Notes under the pieces: model-generated | Seen by the model: the letters and a program-made list of their open reading frames with translations, nothing else | Told to the model about the DNA's origin: nothing | Databases searched by the model: none | From: an uncultured delta proteobacterium | GTDB lineage: Bacteria; Desulfobacterota; Binatia; HRBIN30; BPIQ01 | Direction of reading: 5' to 3' | Assembly (NCBI GenBank): GCA_963761335.1 | Contig: CAVXGR010000012.1 | Span: forward strand, 672,001 to 736,000 | Length of the DNA stretch: 64,000 nt | Shown: one piece after another, positions 58,734 through 64,000 of the stretch | Layout of the letters: each line of letters opens with the position of its first letter | How positions within the stretch are numbered: the stretch's first letter is position 1 | Made by a program: the position numbers and the translations under genes

Positions 58734-59717
58734 TCACTTCGCGGCCTCCTGGGTCTCGCCGCGCAGGGCGGCGGCGGCCTCGGGGCTCTCGACGACGCGC
58801 ACGGCGCCGTGGAAGGGATCGATCTCGCCGTGCTTGATTTGTTGCAGGACAGCGGCGAAGCTGCCGCGGTCGAGGGCGGCCTCGATGCGATGCGCGATCT
58901 CCTCGCGCAACAGCTGCAGGAACTCGTCTCGCCGCCCCTCGGCGGTGCGCGCCGCGGCCCCGCCGCTCTCGGCGAGAAACTTGCGGTGCCTCTCGACGGT
59001 GGCGAGCAGCTCGGCGACCCCTTTCCCCTGGTCGGCCTGGGTGAGCAGGATGGGCACCGACCACGGCGAGGGCGGGCGCAGATGCAGCATCATCTCGAGC
59101 TCGGTCTCCATCTTCATCGCGCCCTCGCGGTCGGCCTTGTTGACCACGAAGACGTCGGCGATCTCCAGGAGCCCGGCCTTCATGGCCTGCACGGTGTCGC
59201 CGGACTCGGGGACGAGAATGACGACGGTCGTGTCCGCGAGACGCATGATGTCGAGCTCCGTCTGCCCGACCCCGACCGTCTCCACCAGGATGTAGTCCTT
59301 GCCGAAGGCGTCGAGCAAGCGGCTCACGTGGCGGGTGGCGCGCGCCAGACCGCCGTGGCTGCCGCGGGTGCTCAGGCTGCGGATGAAGACGCTCGAGTCG
59401 AGGAAATGGCTCTGCATGCGAATGCGATCGCCGAGGAGAGCGCCGCCGCTGAAGGGGCTGGAGGGGTCGATGGCGACGATGCCGACGCGCTGGCCGGCGG
59501 AGCGCAGCTCTCCCACCAGGCGATCGACCATGGTCGATTTGCCGGCGCCGGGAGGGCCGGTGATGCCGATGGTATAGGCGCGGCCGGCGCGGCCGTGGAT
59601 GGCGGCCATGATCGCCGCGGTCTCGGGATGGCGGTTCTCCACCATGGTCATCAGCTTCGCCAGAGCGACGCGATCCCCGCCGAGCATCCGATCCACCAGA
59701 GCCTGGGCGTTCTTCAT
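58734..59717 (-). CDS. meaB: Methylmalonyl-CoA mutase-associated GTPase
   Basis: GITGPPGAGKST, DPSSPFSGGALLGDRIRM, ETVGVGQ, KAGLLEIAD, NKAD. Confidence 0.95.
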   Translation of the reverse strand: MKNAQALVDRMLGGDRVALAKLMTMVENRHPETAAIMAAIHGRAGRAYTIGITGPPGAGKSTMVDRLVGELRSAGQRVGIVAIDPSSPFSGGALLGDRIRMQSHFLDSSVFIRSLSTRGSHGGLARATRHVSRLLDAFGKDYILVETVGVGQTELDIMRLADTTVVILVPESGDTVQAMKAGLLEIADVFVVNKADREGAMKMETELEMMLHLRPPSPWSVPILLTQADQGKGVAELLATVERHRKFLAESGGAAARTAEGRRDEFLQLLREEIAHRIEAALDRGSFAAVLQQIKHGEIDPFHGAVRVVESPEAAAALRGETQEAAK

Positions 59718-60006
59718 ACAGAGCTCATTTCACATCGGGTGTACCCGACAGGCAATAGGGGTGCAAACTGGAGGAGGAGGACGAGGAGGAGGACGAAGAG
59801 GGGGGCGAAGAGGAGGGCGAAGAGAATGTAAAATGGAGAACCGGTGATGACGAATGAAGAACCGGCAAACCGAACCGGCAAATGGCGAGGCATGCTCTGC
59901 AGCTTCATTGATCGGTTCTCCATCACCGGTCACCGGTTCTCCATTTTACATTCTCTTCCTCTTCCCCCAGCTTGCCTCCCCTCCGGGCGCGTGGTAGCCG
60001 AGCCAC

Positions 60007-60399
60007 ATGCCCCGTCTGCTCCGCAGTCCGATCCTCGGCATCGGCCTCGCTCTCATCGCCGTGGGCGGCGGCAACTGGATCAACGGCAGCATCAAGCTGG
60101 CCGAATACGACGCCGTGATCAGCCAGGGCGACCAGCACGTCGGCGCCGGCTCCTACGAGGGCTACCGGCAACTGACGGCGGAGATGAACGCGCAGCTGTT
60201 GCGCCCGCTCACCAACAACATGGCAAGTCGCAGCCGGCCGGAGGAGAAGCGGGAGTTCTACATCGTCGTGCTGCGGGGCGGGCGCCTGCTCACCCTGTTC
60301 GGCGCCTTCCTGGTGCTGTTGGCGGTGGTGCGCCATCGCCGCCGCCGGCCGGGCCGTGGAGCGGGCCAGGCCGTGCAGGGAGAGGCGCAGCGCGCCTGA
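60007..60399 (+). CDS. Hypothetical two-TM membrane protein
   Basis: Two hydrophobic segments; GC-rich third codon positions. Confidence 0.65.
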   Translation: MPRLLRSPILGIGLALIAVGGGNWINGSIKLAEYDAVISQGDQHVGAGSYEGYRQLTAEMNAQLLRPLTNNMASRSRPEEKREFYIVVLRGGRLLTLFGAFLVLLAVVRHRRRRPGRGAGQAVQGEAQRA

Positions 60400-60430
60400 G
60401 CGGGCGCCTGCCGCCTTTCTCGCGGAGATC

Positions 60431-61252
60431 GTGGACGCCTTTGCCCGTTGCTTCCTGCTCGTCTTCGGGCAGCTCGCCGCCGGCGGCTTCATGGCGCTGG
60501 CCGTGCCCCCGTTCCACGAGCTGGAGAGGGGCTTCTACAAGTCGACTGCGGGAGTCTATCTCGGCGCCGGTCTGCTGGCGCTCGCCGGGCAGATCACGCT
60601 GCTGATCAGCGCCCCCGCGATATCCGCGGCGCGCGCCATCGAGGTCGGCGCCTGGACCCTCTTCTGTGCCGCCGCCGCCGTCTACCTCTCGACCCTCTGG
60701 GGAGAGCGCATGCGGCTGCGGGCCCGCGCCTATCTGCTGACCCTGCTGAGCGGCGTCCTGGCGCTCGCCGCCTCCGCCGAGTCGCATCGCCTCGGCGCCA
60801 CCGTCTCCATCGCCACCGTTCTCTACCCGCTGAACTTCTTCTGCTCGGCGCTGCTTCTCGGCGGCGCCACCTGCGGGATGATGCTGGGACACTGGTACCT
60901 GATCGATCCCGGTCTCTCCATCGAGCCGCTGATGAGCGTCCTGCGGCTCTTCGTCGTTGCCTTGGTGCTGCAGCTGAGCATCGCGGCGCTGACCCTCGGT
61001 CTGCTCTGGGTGAGCGGCGGTGCCGCCGGCGGCGCCGTGCAGGCTCTCTTCTCCAGCCACCGCACGCTGCTGGCGGTGCGCGTCGTCGCCGGTCCGCTGG
61101 CCGCCCTGCTCTTCGCCTTCATGATCTGGCGCACCCTGCTGGTGCCGCAGACCATGGCGGCCACCGGCCTCTTCTACATCGCCACACTGGCGGCGATCGT
61201 CGGCGAGATGCTCGGCCGCTTCATCCTGTTTCGCACCTCGTTGCCGCTGTAG
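60431..61252 (+). CDS. Multi-TM membrane protein, possibly DmsC/NrfD-like anchor
   Basis: About 8 TM; MMLGHWYL, ATGLFY, GEMLGR motifs. Confidence 0.65.
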   Translation: MDAFARCFLLVFGQLAAGGFMALAVPPFHELERGFYKSTAGVYLGAGLLALAGQITLLISAPAISAARAIEVGAWTLFCAAAAVYLSTLWGERMRLRARAYLLTLLSGVLALAASAESHRLGATVSIATVLYPLNFFCSALLLGGATCGMMLGHWYLIDPGLSIEPLMSVLRLFVVALVLQLSIAALTLGLLWVSGGAAGGAVQALFSSHRTLLAVRVVAGPLAALLFAFMIWRTLLVPQTMAATGLFYIATLAAIVGEMLGRFILFRTSLPL

Positions 61253-61261
61253 AGGCGGCGG

Positions 61262-61942
61262 CTAGCGGGCGTCGGCCAGCAGCAGCGGGGCGAGGGGCGG
61301 GCCGCCGCCGGGCTGCTCGACGACGGCGACGGTGCGAATGGCGTTGGCGGTGAGCGCGATCGTTCCGGTGTCGACCACGACCTCGGTGGTGCCGGCGCGG
61401 GTCATGCGGATGCGGTACTCGCCTGTCGGAAAGGTCTGGTACGGGGACACCTCCTTGAAAGAGAGGTCGGCGACCAGCGGCTGCTGGGTCGCGAGATCGG
61501 CCTCGGGAGAGGTCAGATAGACGTCCAGCGCCGGCGCCTGCGGGGCGGCGTGCACGGCGCGCAGCCTGGCCTTCTGCGGCCCGGGGAGGGTCAGGTCGTC
61601 CTCGGCCACCACCAGGTCGATCGAGTCCAGCGCCCCGACCGCAAACAGCGAATATGTAAAGTTCTCCTTGAAGTATACGCGGCGCTGGAGCACCGCCGCG
61701 GCATTGCTCGCGAGGCGCAGCTCCACCTGTCGGTCGCCGCTGGGCACGCCGAAATAGCCGGTGGCGGTGCCGAAGCCCAGGCCGGCGAATACGGCGCCGC
61801 CGTCGATGGCGACATCGAGAGCCGGGGTATCTGCGGAGAGATGGACGACACTGGCGAAGGAGGCCTTGTCGCCACTGCCGCACGCCGACAGAAGGAGGCA
61901 GAAAGCCACGGTGGCCGCGACGGCGATTCTGTAGCGCTTCAT
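61262..61942 (-). CDS. DUF4397-like lipoprotein
   Basis: Lipobox LSAC; two repeats VVHLSADTPALDV and AVHAAPQAPALDV. Confidence 0.82.
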   Translation of the reverse strand: MKRYRIAVAATVAFCLLLSACGSGDKASFASVVHLSADTPALDVAIDGGAVFAGLGFGTATGYFGVPSGDRQVELRLASNAAAVLQRRVYFKENFTYSLFAVGALDSIDLVVAEDDLTLPGPQKARLRAVHAAPQAPALDVYLTSPEADLATQQPLVADLSFKEVSPYQTFPTGEYRIRMTRAGTTEVVVDTGTIALTANAIRTVAVVEQPGGGPPLAPLLLADAR

Positions 61943-61960
61943 CGATCCCTCCCCGCCCCG

Positions 61961-62851
61961 TCAGGCACAGGTGTCACACGAGGAAAAGCTCTCCGGCTCG
62001 ATCTGGATGGTGCTGTGGCCGATCTGGAAGCGATCCATCAGCAGCTGATTCATCGATTCGAGCATCGCCGGCCGGGGGCGATTCTCCTCGGCAACCACGT
62101 GGCAGGAGAGCGACACCATGCCGCTGCTGATCGTCCAGATGTGGAGATCGTGAACCGCGAGCACACCGCCCACCTCGGCAATCGAGCTGCGCACCTGGTC
62201 GACGTCGATGTGGCCGGGAGCGCCTTCGAGCAGGACGGCGACCGCCTCGCGCAGCAACGCCCAGGCGGAGTAGAGAACCAGCACGCCGATGGCAGCCGAG
62301 GCGACGGGGTCGGCCCAGGTCCAGCCGAAGGCCCAGATCAGAGAACCGGCGACGATGACGCCGACGCTGCCCAGCGTGTCACTGAGGACGTGCAGCCAGG
62401 CGCCGCGGACGTTGAGGCTCTCCTCGCGGCCTTCCTGCAGGAGGCGAAGGCCGATCAGGTTCACCGCCAGCCCGCCGGCGGCGATACCGACCACCAGCGC
62501 GCCGCGCACTTCCGGCGGCGCGCTGATGCGCTGATAGGCCTCGACGAAGACGAAGGCGGATATCGCCACCAGAGCCGCGCCGTTCACCAGGGCGGCGAGG
62601 ATCTCGGCGCGATAGTAGCCGTAGGTGCGCCGCGACGTCGGCGGCCGCTGCGCGATCCACAGGGCGAAGAGGCTGAGGCCGAGGGCACCGACGTCGGAGA
62701 GCATGTGGGCGGCGTCGGCGAGCAGTGCCAGCGAGTTGGTGATCAGGCCGCCGGCGATCTCGGCGCCCATGTACGCACAGGCGAGAACCATCACCGCCGT
62801 CAGGCGCCGCCGGTTCTGGGCGCGCCCGCGATCGTGGGCGTGCGGGGTCAT
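61961..62851 (-). CDS. Cation diffusion facilitator (CzcD/ZitB-like)
   Basis: SLALLADAAHMLSD, LNVRGAWLHVLSD, VHDLHIW, HSTIQIE. Confidence 0.95.
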   Translation of the reverse strand: MTPHAHDRGRAQNRRRLTAVMVLACAYMGAEIAGGLITNSLALLADAAHMLSDVGALGLSLFALWIAQRPPTSRRTYGYYRAEILAALVNGAALVAISAFVFVEAYQRISAPPEVRGALVVGIAAGGLAVNLIGLRLLQEGREESLNVRGAWLHVLSDTLGSVGVIVAGSLIWAFGWTWADPVASAAIGVLVLYSAWALLREAVAVLLEGAPGHIDVDQVRSSIAEVGGVLAVHDLHIWTISSGMVSLSCHVVAEENRPRPAMLESMNQLLMDRFQIGHSTIQIEPESFSSCDTCA

Positions 62852-63297
62852 CGCCGCGGCTCCGGCACGCCGGCGGGGCGCCGCTGCCGCCGCCGCGCCG
62901 CGCCGGCGCGCGGCGGCGACTCGGCGTCGCCGTGGCGCACGTGCTCGCGCGACAGGTCGAGCAGCAAACGAACGTGGGCGTCGTCGAGGCTGTAGTACAT
63001 CATCCGGCCGTCGCGCCGGGCGCGCACCACGCCGAGAGTGCGCAGCAGCCGCAGCGCATGCGACACCGAGGTCTCGGGCACCTCGACCACCGCCGCCAGA
63101 TCGCAGACGCAGAGCTCGCCGCCCTCGAGGAGAGCGAAGAGAATGCGCGCCCGCGTCGGATCGGCGAGCAGTCGAAACAGCTCGCTCAGCCGCGAGGCCT
63201 CGCCCAGGGGAATCAGCCGCTGCCGCACCGCCGCCACCCGTTCGGGGTTGATGCCGCGCACCGCGCAGGCATCGAGGGCGACCACCTTCTTCTCCAT
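62848..63297 (-). CDS. ArsR/SmtB-family metal-sensing repressor
   Basis: LADPTRARIL, ELCVCDL, VSHALRLLR, YYSLDDAHV. Confidence 0.93.
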   Translation of the reverse strand: MEKKVVALDACAVRGINPERVAAVRQRLIPLGEASRLSELFRLLADPTRARILFALLEGGELCVCDLAAVVEVPETSVSHALRLLRTLGVVRARRDGRMMYYSLDDAHVRLLLDLSREHVRHGDAESPPRAGAARRRQRRPAGVPEPRR

Positions 63298-63319
63298 ATC
63301 TGAATAGATATACAGACGT
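63296..63319. promoter_or_regulatory. Putative SmtB/CadC-type operator
   Basis: ATATCTGAATA-GA-TATACAGACGT imperfect inverted repeat (8/11) abutting the repressor start codon. Confidence 0.65.
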
Positions 63320-63439
63320 CGCGCCCGGTTGCAAGACGCGCGCGAGGATCTCCATCGTGCTCGTGCTTGCAATTGCAACTGCGGCGGCGCGGCGTGACTC
63401 GCCTTTGACATGGCCGGCGGAATGTCGCTAAGCGGGCGG

Positions 63440-64000
63440 ATGGCCGCCCCGCCTCCGCGTTTGCCGCCGCCGATCGACGCGTTCCTTCGGCTTCTGGAAG
63501 AACGCGCGCCGCGGCCGTTGACCATTCAGGACATGGCGAGGATGGCCGGCGTCGAGCGCTATGACCGCAAGGCGATCCGCGCCCAGCTCGAGGATCAGGT
63601 GTCGCGGCGGGTGCTGCGCCGCATCGGCAAGACGCGCTACCAGTGGATCCGCGAGATCGAGCGCGCCGCCCGCCCGGCCGGCGAGCGACCGACCGGCGCC
63701 GCCGTGAGCGGCGAGCGGCGCGGCGGCAAGCGCGTCGAGGGCCGCTACACGCGGGTGCGCCAGGGATACGGGTTCGTCGAGGTGCTCGGCCGCCACGCGG
63801 AGCATTTCCCGCGCGACATCCTGGTTCCCGCCGGCGAGGAGGGAGAGGCGCTGCACGGCGATCGCGTCGCCGTCGAGATCACCCGACGCGATCCCCGCCG
63901 CCACCGCGTCGTCGGCCGCGTCGTCGCCGTCACCGAGCCCATGCACGAGCGCGTCATCGGCACCCTGGAGCACGCCGGCGGGCGCTGGCATCTGGTTCCG
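63440..64000 (+). CDS. rnr: Ribonuclease R, N-terminal part (3' partial)
   Basis: wHTH-like start, then GYGFV..DILVP..ALHGDRVAVEI..GRVVAV..VIGTL; runs off the window end. Confidence 0.85.
   Translation, partial: MAAPPPRLPPPIDAFLRLLEERAPRPLTIQDMARMAGVERYDRKAIRAQLEDQVSRRVLRRIGKTRYQWIREIERAARPAGERPTGAAVSGERRGGKRVEGRYTRVRQGYGFVEVLGRHAEHFPRDILVPAGEEGEALHGDRVAVEITRRDPRRHRVVGRVVAVTEPMHERVIGTLEHAGGRWHLVP

Noticed and set aside
59770..59825. GA-rich tract as a gene or regulatory RNA
   Set aside because: Low-complexity sequence with no supporting structure

Overview
GC-rich bacterial chromosomal window, probably Deltaproteobacteria-like or Ca. Binatia (inferred from the style of secreted proteins and a delta-type Fur box). 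It holds about 45 CDS: two paralogous Cys-rich secreted proteins, a DUF559 nuclease, a dynamin-like GTPase pair, several histidine kinases and response regulators, CoA and fatty-acid enzymes, two ABC exporters, a nine-haem cytochrome c lipoprotein, a His-Xaa-Ser repeat peptide, large secreted proteins (FG-GAP/dockerin, BNR), a LigD phosphoesterase, meaB, an ArsR-CDF metal efflux pair and the 5' part of rnr. There is one tRNA-Met(CAT). A Fur-boxed operon runs FMN-binding protein, ApbE, membrane protein, Com-like zinc finger, porin and a decayed cytochrome c peroxidase-like gene. Intergenic DNA is dense in palindromic repeats from at least six families, including MITE-like elements with target duplications. 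The best leads are: (1) a DUF559 gene between two BoxC-like palindromic arms, in the same geometry as five gene-less arm-53 bp-arm doublets, suggesting an autonomous/non-autonomous element pair; (2) a Com-like zinc-finger gene followed by a terminator just upstream of the porin RBS, suggesting a metal-responsive attenuator; (3) an orphan peptide with 24 His-Xaa-Ser triplets. Four single-base frameshifts in the first 5 kb may be sequencing errors. All family assignments come from motif recognition without database searches.
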